Origin: Escherichia phage UFJF_EcSW4
Length of the DNA: 40,299 bases
Direction: 5' to 3' (one strand)
Sequence record: PP856269
Numbering within the stretch: the stretch's first letter is position 1; the number at the start of each line of letters is the position of its first letter. Made by a program: the position numbers and the translations under genes. Below are positions 1 through 7,840 of the stretch, piece by piece. A model generated the notes under the pieces. That model did not search any database. It had not been told where the DNA came from and worked only from the letters and a program-made list of their open reading frames with translations.

Positions 1-286
1 CAAGAACCTCAAGTCTCCCCATAGGCCCTCTTTCAGTCTCGACCAAAGGCCCTACCCCAGTATATCATAAGGTTGGACCGATGGTCAAGACTTCAGGTCA
101 ACGATAGGTGGTGACTATGGCTTCGGGAAGGACGATAGGTGGTGACTATAGGCCCTCTTTCAGTCTCGACCAAAGGCCCTACCCCAGTATATCATAAGGT
201 TGGACCGATGGTCAAGACTTCAGGTCAACGATAGGTGGTGACTATGGCTTCGGGAAGGACGATAGGTGGTGACTATTGGTCTGTCT
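1..286. repeat. Direct terminal repeat, left copy (286 bp, identical to 40014-40299)
   Basis: First 286 nt (caagaacctcaagtctcc...gactattggtctgtct) recur exactly at the window end; T7-like phages carry direct terminal repeats. The true DTR may extend beyond the window edge. Confidence 0.9.
21..276. repeat. Two tandem 128-bp units (21-148, 149-276) inside the terminal repeat, each holding two copies of an 18-bp motif ACGATAGGTGGTGACTAT
   Basis: Read directly: ataggccctctttcagtctcgaccaaaggccctacccc...ggtggtgacta repeats head to tail with period 128; the 18-mer sits at 101-118, 132-149, 229-246 and 260-277. Confidence 0.9.
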
Positions 287-317
287 TTTGAGTCTCTATC
301 TGTATCAGACCTTGAGT

Positions 318-392
318 CACTACCTACAGTCTAACTACCTACAGTCTAACTACCTACAGTCATCGACCATCGGTAATGCAGCTACCTACAGT
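318..392. repeat. Short tandem repeats CTAACTACCTACAGT (two full copies, one partial, plus a fourth TACCTACAGT at 383-392) just inside the left DTR
   Basis: Read directly at 319-360 and 381-392; a related CCTAC(A/G)GT array lies just inside the right DTR. Confidence 0.85.
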
Positions 393-518
393 CAGAGACA
401 TACAGTTAATAGACACAAAGGCTATAGACTTAAGGTCTAAGACATGTTAGTCAAAGACTATATCCTCTTACACCATGGGGCCGACGATGGCTTAATCAAT
501 ATTATTTCAAATTACATA

Positions 519-548
519 TTGACTACAGGTCCAGACTATGGCTTAATA
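519..548 (+). promoter_or_regulatory. Candidate host sigma70-type early promoter (TTGACT, 18 nt, TTAATA)
   Basis: -35-like TTGACT at 519-524 and a weak -10-like hexamer at 543-548; position matches the T7 early promoter cluster. Weak -10. Confidence 0.3.
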
Positions 549-829
549 GCTTCCGTCAACACGACACGGCAACAACCGGATAGTGAAGACGCCGGTGTCA
601 TCCCGGTTAAGTAGACAGCCTGATAAGTCATAAGAACAACAGGCAGATGACAATAAGGTAGTAAGGTCGCTGAGGGCTTCCACTTCAGCAGGTCGGAAAG
701 GTCCTAAAACCTAACGAGAGTCTGACCAGCTCGCCAAGTCTGCCACTGAGGTGGATAACCAGAGGAGGCAACGTGTCGCCCACTGAGGGGCTACAGCTCA
801 CAGTTTAGGTTAACAGGCTAAACAAATGC

Positions 830-859
830 TTGACAAGATGTAACGATAAGATGTAATAT
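830..859 (+). promoter_or_regulatory. Candidate host sigma70-type early promoter (TTGACA, 17-18 nt, TAATAT)
   Basis: Consensus -35 TTGACA at 830-835 and TGTAATAT at 852-859; resembles the T7 A2/A3 pattern (TTGACA...GTAAGAT) and sits about 180 bp upstream of the first early ORF. Confidence 0.5.
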
Positions 860-1037
860 TTACCACATCGAAACAACGGTGATGACCAACACTGAAATGG
901 TCTACCTGAAGTCCTCTGACTGAAGGGAATGCTCTTTAACAATCTGGATAAACTCTTAATGTGCGCCGATAGCGACTAACTACAGGGCCTTTGAGTCTAC
1001 ATCTGAAGGCCCTGACTGATAGCCACTAACTTAAAGG

Positions 1038-1292
1038 ATGGACACTATGAAACACTTAAGCACAATCACTAATCGCAATGAAGTATTCGTGAACACTAAA
1101 GGTTATGCGTGGATTCAGCTTAAAGAGATGAGAGGAGCGCGTCACCGTGTGGTAGTGCGCAAGGTATCAAGCAAGCAGTTCAGCAACTACAGAGTCGATA
1201 CTATGCGTATAGACAACGAGACTTACCTGATAGACTCGCAGATAACCGTGCGTCCTACAGCGGGCATCTCAGCTCCTTATTTCGCTAACTGA
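1038..1292 (+). CDS. Hypothetical early protein, 84 aa (alternative start at the ATG at 1047)
   Basis: First ORF after the early promoter region, preceded by aaagga; no recognisable similarity. Confidence 0.5.
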   Translation: MDTMKHLSTITNRNEVFVNTKGYAWIQLKEMRGARHRVVVRKVSSKQFSNYRVDTMRIDNETYLIDSQITVRPTAGISAPYFAN

Positions 1293-1375
1293 GAGTGATT
1301 AACTACAGGTCGTTAGACTGATAGCGGCCTGACTGATAGTCACTAACACATAATTAACTTTGAGAGGATATAACT

Positions 1376-1879
1376 ATGGAACGTAATGCTAACGCATACT
1401 ATGAGCTGCTGGCTGCAACCGTTGAGGCATTTATCGAGCGTATTCAGTACGACCACCTGACTCAAGATGATGACTACAGCGATGCGCTGCATGAGGTAGT
1501 AGACGGTCAGGTTCCACACTATTACCACGAGATTTTTACGGTGATGGCTGCTGATGGTATAGACCACGAGTTCGAAGACTCTGGGCTGATGCCTGAAACC
1601 AAGGACGTAACGCGTATACTACAAGCTCGCATCTATGAGGCGCTTTATAACGATGTGTCTAATAGCTTGGATGTAGTCTGGTTTGAGGATGAAGAGGCAG
1701 ACGAAGAGGATGAATATTGGGTAGTTGACGCTAAAACAGGCGCAATAATTGTGCAAGCTGTAGCTCTTGAGGTCGCTACTGCATGTGCCAAGGTCAACTA
1801 TGCAATAGGTCGCCACCTGAAGGTGGAAGACATCAATGATAACGTAGTGTTCGACCCTGCGGCTGAGGACTGCGAGTGA
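1376..1879 (+). CDS. 0.3: Ocr-like DNA-mimic anti-restriction protein (gp0.3 homolog) with a roughly 50-aa C-terminal extension
   Basis: 167-aa acidic protein; the segment [42 protein letters not shown] matches the T7 Ocr core ([42 protein letters not shown], from memory). T7 Ocr is 117 aa. Confidence 0.85.
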   Translation: MERNANAYYELLAATVEAFIERIQYDHLTQDDDYSDALHEVVDGQVPHYYHEIFTVMAADGIDHEFEDSGLMPETKDVTRILQARIYEALYNDVSNSLDVVWFEDEEADEEDEYWVVDAKTGAIIVQAVALEVATACAKVNYAIGRHLKVEDINDNVVFDPAAEDCE

Positions 1880-2028
1880 TGGTAACTTATGGTCTCTGCC
1901 AGCACCACGTCGCCAACGCCCGGCTTATGGTCAAGACCGGGCGGTTAACCCATGATGATACTATGCGTCTCCTGAAGGTGGTCTACAAGCGCCGCAAGCG
2001 CATACACGACAGTTTGCACGCTGAGTGA
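1879..2028 (+). CDS. Possible small basic protein, 49 aa, coupled to the Ocr stop (TGATG overlap)
   Basis: ATG at 1879 overlaps the Ocr TGA; [49 protein letters not shown]; below the ORF-track size cutoff. Confidence 0.3.
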   Translation: MVTYGLCQHHVANARLMVKTGRLTHDDTMRLLKVVYKRRKRIHDSLHAE

Positions 2029-2095
2029 TAAACGAGAGGTCATCGACTGATAGGTGGCCTCAAAGATTACCACTTACATTGATAGGAGAATTACT

Positions 2096-2263
2096 ATGAA
2101 ATTTACAATCATCGCACTTTACGTAACCATTATTCTATCTTGGCTTACTGCGGTGCTCACTGATGGTAACGCATTACGACTGGGCTGGCTGGCAGTGGAC
2201 ATTATATTCTCTCCGGTAGGTGTCGTGCGCGGTATCTTGATATGGATTGGACTGGCAGGATAA
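2096..2263 (+). CDS. Small hydrophobic (membrane) protein, about 55 aa; track ORF extends to a GTG at 2054
   Basis: ATG at 2096 is preceded by aggag at spacing 8; MKFTIIALYVTIILSWLTAVL... is predominantly hydrophobic, consistent with a membrane helix. Confidence 0.5.
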   Translation: MKFTIIALYVTIILSWLTAVLTDGNALRLGWLAVDIIFSPVGVVRGILIWIGLAG

Positions 2264-2266
2264 ACT

Positions 2267-2464
2267 ATGAGTCTTGCACTATTGATAGCAATAGGCTATG
2301 GACTTATCGCCTACGTGCTGGTGAGATACATCAACAAAGCGCGTAAAGTCTACAAATTCAACTATGTACGTCTGGGCCGCTGGACTGTACGTCAACCTAA
2401 CGGACGATTCATGCGCAACTTAGCGAACGTCTGGGATATAGCAACTATTGGGAGCAAACTGTAA
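2267..2464 (+). CDS. Hypothetical small protein, 65 aa, hydrophobic N-terminus
   Basis: ORF packed tightly after the previous gene; N-terminal LALLIAIGYGLIAYVLV stretch. Confidence 0.5.
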   Translation: MSLALLIAIGYGLIAYVLVRYINKARKVYKFNYVRLGRWTVRQPNGRFMRNLANVWDIATIGSKL

Positions 2465-2724
2465 TGAAAACCGTATACATTAACAAACCATCTAGCCATA
2501 GCCGTGTAGAGCAAATAGAGCGTGACATGCTCTTACATCGCCGCATGAGGGCTGAGGGCCATAAGTACGAACTGATGAGTCTGGCGTTTGGTGGACGACC
2601 GATCACTGACGATGGTAAACTTTTAGTCTCAGGCTGGAAGGCGATAGACCAACGGTCAACCATCAAGCACACGACTCACGGTGACTTCAGCCATCTCCAC
2701 GCTAACCCACTGATATGCAAGTGA
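2464..2724 (+). CDS. Hypothetical early protein, 86 aa
   Basis: Start overlaps the upstream stop (TAATG); occupies the position where T7 has genes 0.6/0.7 but is far too short to be the gp0.7 kinase. Confidence 0.5.
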   Translation: MKTVYINKPSSHSRVEQIERDMLLHRRMRAEGHKYELMSLAFGGRPITDDGKLLVSGWKAIDQRSTIKHTTHGDFSHLHANPLICK

Positions 2725-2729
2725 TTATG

Positions 2730-2752
2730 ACTTAACTATCACTATAGGACTC
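2730..2752 (+). promoter_or_regulatory. Phage RNAP promoter (CTTAACTATCACTATAGGAC), immediately upstream of the RNAP gene
   Basis: Matches the 11-copy consensus (T/A)AACTATCACTATAGG; predicted +1 G at 2747. Confidence 0.7.
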
Positions 2753-2821
2753 AAGGTCTAAGACTCCAAGTGAAAGACCAAAGAGACTTTAAGTGAAAGA
2801 CTAATAACAAGGACTTTAAGT

Positions 2822-5503
2822 ATGAGCGTCATCTCTATTGATAAACACGACTTCTCTGATGTGTCTAACGCCATTGAGCCGTTTAACCTGCTGGCTGACC
2901 ACTACGGGCAAGACCTTGCAGTCAAACAGCTTCAGCTTGAGCATGAGGCATACACTGAAGGCGAGCGACGTTTCATCAAAAACCTTGAGCGACAGACTGA
3001 GCGCGGGGAACTGGCAGACAATCAGGTCGCCAAGCCTTTGATGCAGACTCTGGTTCCTAAGATTGCGCAAGCCGTCAAGGAGTGGCACGAAGGTCCAGAC
3101 GGGAAGCTGTCAACCTCACGTCCGAGCGTAGCGTTCACCATGTTAAGCACTGAAGAGAAGGCCGTTAAAGACCGCTCTCTACGCATCTCCTGTGAGTCTG
3201 CTGCGGTCATCATACTGAAGGTCATACTCTCCAAGCTGGTCAAGCCTGAAGGTATACCGATTACACCGATGGCCTCCGCGATAGGTCGCACACTTGAGGA
3301 TGAAATCCGATTCGGTCGCATTCGTGACAAGGAGAAGGAGCACTTCAAGAAGGCGATAGCTGAGAACTTGAACAAGCGAGCTGGGGCATCCTACAAGAAA
3401 GCCTACATGCAAGCGGTCGAGGCATCCATGCTGGAGCAAGGCCAACTGGAAGATGCGTGGGGGAATTGGAGTCCTACAGAGGCTGTCCACGTTGGCATCA
3501 AGATGCTTGAGATTATCATCCAGTCGACGCAACTGGTCGAGCTTAAGCGCTACGGTGCTGGCAATGCAGCGGCTGACGTTGAGATGGTCCACCTGTCAGA
3601 CTTCTGGGTCAAGAAGATGGCACAACGCGGCTTTAGCCTTGCGGGTATCGCCCCAGTCTACCAACCTTGCGTCGTTCCACCTAAGCCGTGGACTGGTGTC
3701 GTAGGCGGTGGGTACTGGGCCAAAGGTCGCAGACCTCTACCACTGATTCGCTTAGGGTCTAAGTCTGCGGTAGCACGTTACGAAGATGTGTATATGCCTG
3801 AAGTATATGACGCTGTTAACATCATCCAGAATACACCTTGGAAAGTAAACAAGAAGGTTCTGGACGTGGTGAACATGGTCGAGAAGTTGAACAACACGCC
3901 TATTGATGATATCCCTCAGATGGAGCCACTGAAGCCTGAAGACTATGCAGGTGAGACTGAAGAGGAACTCAAGGCATGGAAGAAGGCTGCTGCTGGTATC
4001 TACCGCCGAGAGAAGGCCCGGCAGTCACGTAGATTGTCACTGAGCTTTATCGTTAACCAAGCGAACAAGTTCTCTCAGTTCAAGGCCATCTGGTTCCCGT
4101 ACAACATGGACTGGCGCGGTCGCGTCTACGCTGTGCCGATGTTCAACCCTCAGGGTAACGACATGCAAAAGGGTCTCCTGACTCTGGCAGTCGGTAAGCC
4201 TATTGGTGCTGATGGTTTCAAATGGCTGAAGGTCCACGGTGCAAACTGTGCGGGTGTCGATAAAGTCACCTTCGAGGAGCGCATCAAGTGGGTGGAAGAC
4301 AACCACGACAACATCATGGCTGCTGCTAAGGCACCGATGGATAGCATTGAGTGGTGGGGCAAGTTAGACTCTCCTTTCTGCTTCCTTGCGTTCTGCTTCG
4401 AGTATGCTGGCGTGATGCACCACGGATTGTCTTACTCCTGCTCGCTGCCGATAGCATTCGATGGGTCCTGCTCTGGGATTCAGCACTTTAGCGCGATGCT
4501 TCGTGATCACATCGGTGGACATGCAGTAAACCTGACGCCTTCCGGTAAGGTCCAAGACATCTACCGCATCGTGTCTAACCGCATTGAGGAAGAGCTTAAA
4601 GTCCTGCTGGTTAACGGCACGGACAACGAGATGGTAACTCACGAGGACAAGAAAACTGGTGAGATTACCGAGCGTCTCAAGCTGGGGACACGAGAGCTGG
4701 CCCGTCAGTGGCTGACCTACGGTATGTCACGAAAGGTCACTAAGCGTTCGGTCATGACTCTGGCCTACGGGTCGAAAGAGTACGGCTTCGCAGACCAAGT
4801 TTACGAGGACATCGTGATGCCAGCGATTGACTCAGGGTCTGGCGCTATGTTCACTGAACCAAGCCAAGCATCTCGCTTCATGGCTAAGATGATTTGGGAA
4901 GCTGTGAGTGTGACCGTAGTTGCTGCGGTTGACGCGATGAAATGGCTTCAGGGTGCTGCCAAGCTGCTGGCGGCTGAAGTGAAGGACAAGAAGACGGGTG
5001 AAATCCTGAAGCCTTGCCTTCCGGTACATTGGGTCACACCTGATGGGTTCCCGGTCTGGCAGGAATACCGCAAGAAGGATACCACTCGTCTGAACCTGAT
5101 GTTCTTAGGGTCCTTCAACCTTCAACCTACCGTCAACAAAGGTACTAAGAAAGAGCTGGACAAGCACAAGCAGGAGTCAGGCATTAGCCCGAACTTCGTC
5201 CACTCACAAGATGGTAGCCACCTCCGCAAGACTGTAGTCCATACTCACCGCAAGTATGGCGTGATGTCGTTCGCAGTGATTCACGATAGCTTCGGGACCA
5301 TCCCGGCTGACGCTGAGTATCTGTTCCGTGGGGTCCGTGAGACTATGGTCGAGACATACCGCGACAACGATGTGCTGCTTGACTTCTACGAGCAGTTTGA
5401 ATACCAGCTTCACGAGAGCCAGCGCGATAAGTTGCCAGAGCTTCCGAAGAAAGGTAAACTGAATATCGAAGACATCTTGTCTTCAGACTTTGCATTCGCT
5501 TAA
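2822..5503 (+). CDS. 1: Single-subunit DNA-directed RNA polymerase (T7 RNAP family)
   Basis: 893 aa; blocks such as PFCFLAFCFEYAGV, SCSGIQHFSAMLRD, RSVMTLAYGSKE..., HDSFGTIPADA and the C-terminal FAFA match T7/T3 RNAP recalled from memory. Confidence 0.97.
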   Translation: MSVISIDKHDFSDVSNAIEPFNLLADHYGQDLAVKQLQLEHEAYTEGERRFIKNLERQTERGELADNQVAKPLMQTLVPKIAQAVKEWHEGPDGKLSTSRPSVAFTMLSTEEKAVKDRSLRISCESAAVIILKVILSKLVKPEGIPITPMASAIGRTLEDEIRFGRIRDKEKEHFKKAIAENLNKRAGASYKKAYMQAVEASMLEQGQLEDAWGNWSPTEAVHVGIKMLEIIIQSTQLVELKRYGAGNAAADVEMVHLSDFWVKKMAQRGFSLAGIAPVYQPCVVPPKPWTGVVGGGYWAKGRRPLPLIRLGSKSAVARYEDVYMPEVYDAVNIIQNTPWKVNKKVLDVVNMVEKLNNTPIDDIPQMEPLKPEDYAGETEEELKAWKKAAAGIYRREKARQSRRLSLSFIVNQANKFSQFKAIWFPYNMDWRGRVYAVPMFNPQGNDMQKGLLTLAVGKPIGADGFKWLKVHGANCAGVDKVTFEERIKWVEDNHDNIMAAAKAPMDSIEWWGKLDSPFCFLAFCFEYAGVMHHGLSYSCSLPIAFDGSCSGIQHFSAMLRDHIGGHAVNLTPSGKVQDIYRIVSNRIEEELKVLLVNGTDNEMVTHEDKKTGEITERLKLGTRELARQWLTYGMSRKVTKRSVMTLAYGSKEYGFADQVYEDIVMPAIDSGSGAMFTEPSQASRFMAKMIWEAVSVTVVAAVDAMKWLQGAAKLLAAEVKDKKTGEILKPCLPVHWVTPDGFPVWQEYRKKDTTRLNLMFLGSFNLQPTVNKGTKKELDKHKQESGISPNFVHSQDGSHLRKTVVHTHRKYGVMSFAVIHDSFGTIPADAEYLFRGVRETMVETYRDNDVLLDFYEQFEYQLHESQRDKLPELPKKGKLNIEDILSSDFAFA

Positions 5504-5517
5504 CAGGAGAGAGAGCT

Positions 5518-5733
5518 ATGAAATTTGCACACAAGCATACTGGCGTTAATGGTGGGACTCAAATCGTGACCGTAACAGAACACAACGGCAAGGGTCTTGT
5601 GAAGACCACGGTCATCCCTACCGAGATGTCCAAGCAGCTTAACATCCCGTTCAAGACTCTTGTAGATCTGGTCGAGTCCAGCCACGAGAAGTACCTGAAG
5701 GACGCAGTGTCCAAGCTGGAGCAGGCCAAATGA
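5518..5733 (+). CDS. Hypothetical protein, 71 aa, directly downstream of the RNAP gene
   Basis: Strong SD (caggagagagagct ATG); no T7 counterpart recognised at this position. Confidence 0.5.
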   Translation: MKFAHKHTGVNGGTQIVTVTEHNGKGLVKTTVIPTEMSKQLNIPFKTLVDLVESSHEKYLKDAVSKLEQAK

Positions 5734-5807
5734 CAGACCTACAGTTACTGGCCTTGTGGCTAGGAGCACTCGCAGTATTCACTTTAATCCAACGCAGAAG
5801 AGGTTAA

Positions 5808-5830
5808 CCTAAACTATCACTATAGGATTA
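5808..5830 (+). promoter_or_regulatory. Phage RNAP promoter (phi1.1-position)
   Basis: CCTAAACTATCACTATAGGATTA; +1 at 5825. Confidence 0.75.
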
Positions 5831-5870
5831 GACTCAAGGTCATGACTCAACGTCGTGGCCTTCATGATTA
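5828..5870 (+). promoter_or_regulatory. Conserved RNA element, candidate RNase III processing site (R1.1-position)
   Basis: TTAGACTCAAGGTCAT-N-TGGCCTTCATGATTA; AAGGUCA (5836-5842) can pair with UGGCCUU (5856-5862) including one G-U; two further copies at 13355 and 37006. Confidence 0.4.
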
Positions 5871-5900
5871 ACCCTAATAAACTACTGGAGATTTAACCAT

Positions 5901-6080
5901 ATGTATCAGAACACTATCAACTTCGAGCGAATCCGTGAACGTCAGCAGACTGAAGGTTACATTCCGAAGGGCCGCAAGCTGAACAAGACCAAGCGCGGCG
6001 GTGGTGTCAAGGGTGCTTTCCGTAACGCTGAAGGCAAAGACTCTCTGGTCAACCAAGAGAAATACTTCGTAGGAGCATAA
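5901..6080 (+). CDS. 1.1: gp1.1-like small basic protein, 59 aa
   Basis: MYQNTINFERIRERQQTEGYIPKGRKLNKTKRGGG...; the GRKLNKTKR motif matches T7 gp1.1 from memory; below the ORF-track cutoff. The minus-strand track ORF 5874-6083 is its shadow. Confidence 0.6.
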   Translation: MYQNTINFERIRERQQTEGYIPKGRKLNKTKRGGGVKGAFRNAEGKDSLVNQEKYFVGA

Positions 6081-6084
6081 CACT

Positions 6085-6348
6085 ATGGGCCGACTTTATA
6101 GTGGCAACCTCAACGCTTTCAGAGCAGCGTGTAACAGGCTTTATCAGTTAGACTTCGCTGTCATATCTCAGGAGTTTCAAGACTATACGTCACGCCAAGA
6201 GTGTATGAAACTCAGGGTCGAGGACCTAGCTGGTAACATCTTCGCGCTTGAGACCTTCGCACATTACGATGAAGACGTGCTGTATAACACTGCAACAGAC
6301 TACATCAACGGTCTCGCTGACCAACTCGACACATGGAGCAAAGCATAA
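6085..6348 (+). CDS. 1.2: gp1.2-like host dGTPase inhibitor
   Basis: MGRLYSGNLNAFRAACNRLYQLDFAV... matches T7 gp1.2 (MGRLYSGNLAAFKAATNKLFQLDLAV...). Confidence 0.8.
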   Translation: MGRLYSGNLNAFRAACNRLYQLDFAVISQEFQDYTSRQECMKLRVEDLAGNIFALETFAHYDEDVLYNTATDYINGLADQLDTWSKA

Positions 6349-7454
6349 TGACTACGACTATCAAAACCAACCCGCACCGCGCTGTAGATTACTCTGAGTC
6401 TGGCGTTAAGAAAGCACTGGAGGCCGCTGGGTCTCTCGAAGCTGAAGTGAAGTACGATGGCGTCCGGTTGAATCTTCCGGTCTTCCCTACTGGTGAGACT
6501 CAATGGTTGAGCCGTGAGTCTAAACCTCTCCCAGCCCTTAGCTGGTTGAACACTTCCGGTCAGGACATAGGAGCTACCAAAGCGAGCGACTGGCGGTGGT
6601 TCCTGAAGCAAGCTGGCTATGAAGGGACTGGCCTGATGATTGATGGCGAGGTCATGGTGAAAGGGGTTGACTTCAGCACGTCTTCGGGCCTCATTCGCAC
6701 GAAGTATGTCAAGTCTAGAAACTACGACTTCCACGATGGCGATTGGGACCTCAAGTCCAAGACTACTCAGTTCCGGCTGGACCGAGACCATATCAAGGTG
6801 GTCGTCTATGGTATCATAGACCTTAACGTCATCCTTGACCAGAAAGCCGAAGGTCCTATCCATAGCGTCACCCGACTGAAGGCCGAAGCTATCGTCCCTC
6901 TCCTCCAGAAATACCTCCCTGAAATCGACTGGGTTCTGTCTGAGTCACACACGGTCTATGACCTTGAGTCGCTCAACTCCCTGTACGAAGAGAAGCGTCT
7001 GGAAGGACACGAGGGTCTGGTAGTCAAGGACCCGCTGGGTAAATACAAGCGTGGCAAGAAGTCAGGTATGTGGAAAATGAAGCCTGCAGATACCATTGAT
7101 GGTATTGTGGTCGGACTGAATTGGGGGACTGAAGGTCTCGCCAACGAAGGTAAGGTGATTGGGTTCGACGTACTGCTTGAGAACGGTATGGTAGTTGCTG
7201 CTAACAATATCTCTCAGGCTCTGATGGACGAGTTCACCGAAGCGGTTGAAGTTGAACGTGCCTATATTTGGAATGACTGCATGACCGATATTGAGCGGGA
7301 AGAATGTGGTGAGGAATGTCTTGAGGACGTGAACCCATACAAAGGGCATCAATGCGAAGTCTCCTACATGGAGATGACACCAGATGGTTCCTTACGGCAC
7401 CCTAGCTTCAAGTGCTGGCGTGGGACGGAAGATAACCCGACCATTAAGAGCTAA
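6348..7454 (+). CDS. 1.3: ATP-dependent DNA ligase
   Basis: Adenylation motif EVKYDGVR (active-site Lys), MIDGEVMVKGVDF, EGHEGLVVKDP, PDGSLRHPSF match T7 ligase; start taken at the ATG overlapping the gp1.2 stop (TAATG). The track ORF begins 15 nt upstream at 6333. Confidence 0.9.
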   Translation: MTTTIKTNPHRAVDYSESGVKKALEAAGSLEAEVKYDGVRLNLPVFPTGETQWLSRESKPLPALSWLNTSGQDIGATKASDWRWFLKQAGYEGTGLMIDGEVMVKGVDFSTSSGLIRTKYVKSRNYDFHDGDWDLKSKTTQFRLDRDHIKVVVYGIIDLNVILDQKAEGPIHSVTRLKAEAIVPLLQKYLPEIDWVLSESHTVYDLESLNSLYEEKRLEGHEGLVVKDPLGKYKRGKKSGMWKMKPADTIDGIVVGLNWGTEGLANEGKVIGFDVLLENGMVVAANNISQALMDEFTEAVEVERAYIWNDCMTDIEREECGEECLEDVNPYKGHQCEVSYMEMTPDGSLRHPSFKCWRGTEDNPTIKS

Positions 7455-7463
7455 CTAAACGTC

Positions 7464-7500
7464 AACCCAGTGGTCTTAGGACTGCTGGGTTTCTTTGCTT
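7464..7500 (+). terminator. Intrinsic terminator after the ligase gene (TE-position)
   Basis: AACCCAGTGGTC ttag GACTGCTGGGTT: 12-bp stem with two G-U pairs and a tetraloop, followed by TTCTTTGCTT. Confidence 0.55.
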
Positions 7501-7536
7501 GTGCTAGCAAGCTATCGTTTGGGCCACCAGCTAGAC

Positions 7537-7559
7537 CCTAAGCTATCACTATAGGACAA
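7537..7559 (+). promoter_or_regulatory. Phage RNAP promoter
   Basis: CCTAAGCTATCACTATAGGACAA; +1 at 7554; one mismatch to the consensus. Confidence 0.65.
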
Positions 7560-7585
7560 CCCTAACCGACCAAAGGAGAAACCTT

Positions 7586-7840
7586 ATGTCTAAAAACTTA
7601 ATGTTCAACCGATTTACTAGAAGCTTCCACCTGTCGCATAGCCCATTCAGCTTCCATAAAGCTAATCAACCATTACCCCGCTTTGGTAAGACAGTGGCTC
7701 TGTCTCCTACAGTTCATGCGCTAGTCACCCGCAAGTCTATGCTGAATGCTATGGATAAAGAACAAATTGATGTACCTGTGGTCGTTACAAAATGGCCTCG
7801 CATTAAGCTGGCACTTCTGGTAATTAAGGAGGCGCTCTGA
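7586..7840 (+). CDS. Hypothetical protein, 84 aa (gene 1.4-1.6 region)
   Basis: Good SD (aaaggag); no confident similarity. Confidence 0.5.
   Translation: MSKNLMFNRFTRSFHLSHSPFSFHKANQPLPRFGKTVALSPTVHALVTRKSMLNAMDKEQIDVPVVVTKWPRIKLALLVIKEAL

Noticed and set aside
131-160. GGTGGTGACTATAGG inside the terminal repeat as a phage (SP6/T7-like) promoter
   Set aside because: Shares only the CTATAGG end with the 11-copy consensus and lacks the conserved AACTATCAC upstream half; likely chance resemblance.
1-286. Tandem repeats at the genome ends as a possible CRISPR array
   Set aside because: Only two long (128-bp) units with no unique spacers between them, duplicated identically at both ends; this is a phage terminal repeat.
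6300-6863. 187-aa ORF on the minus strand
   Set aside because: Lies entirely antisense to the well-supported ligase gene; all supported genes here are on the + strand, so it is treated as a shadow ORF.
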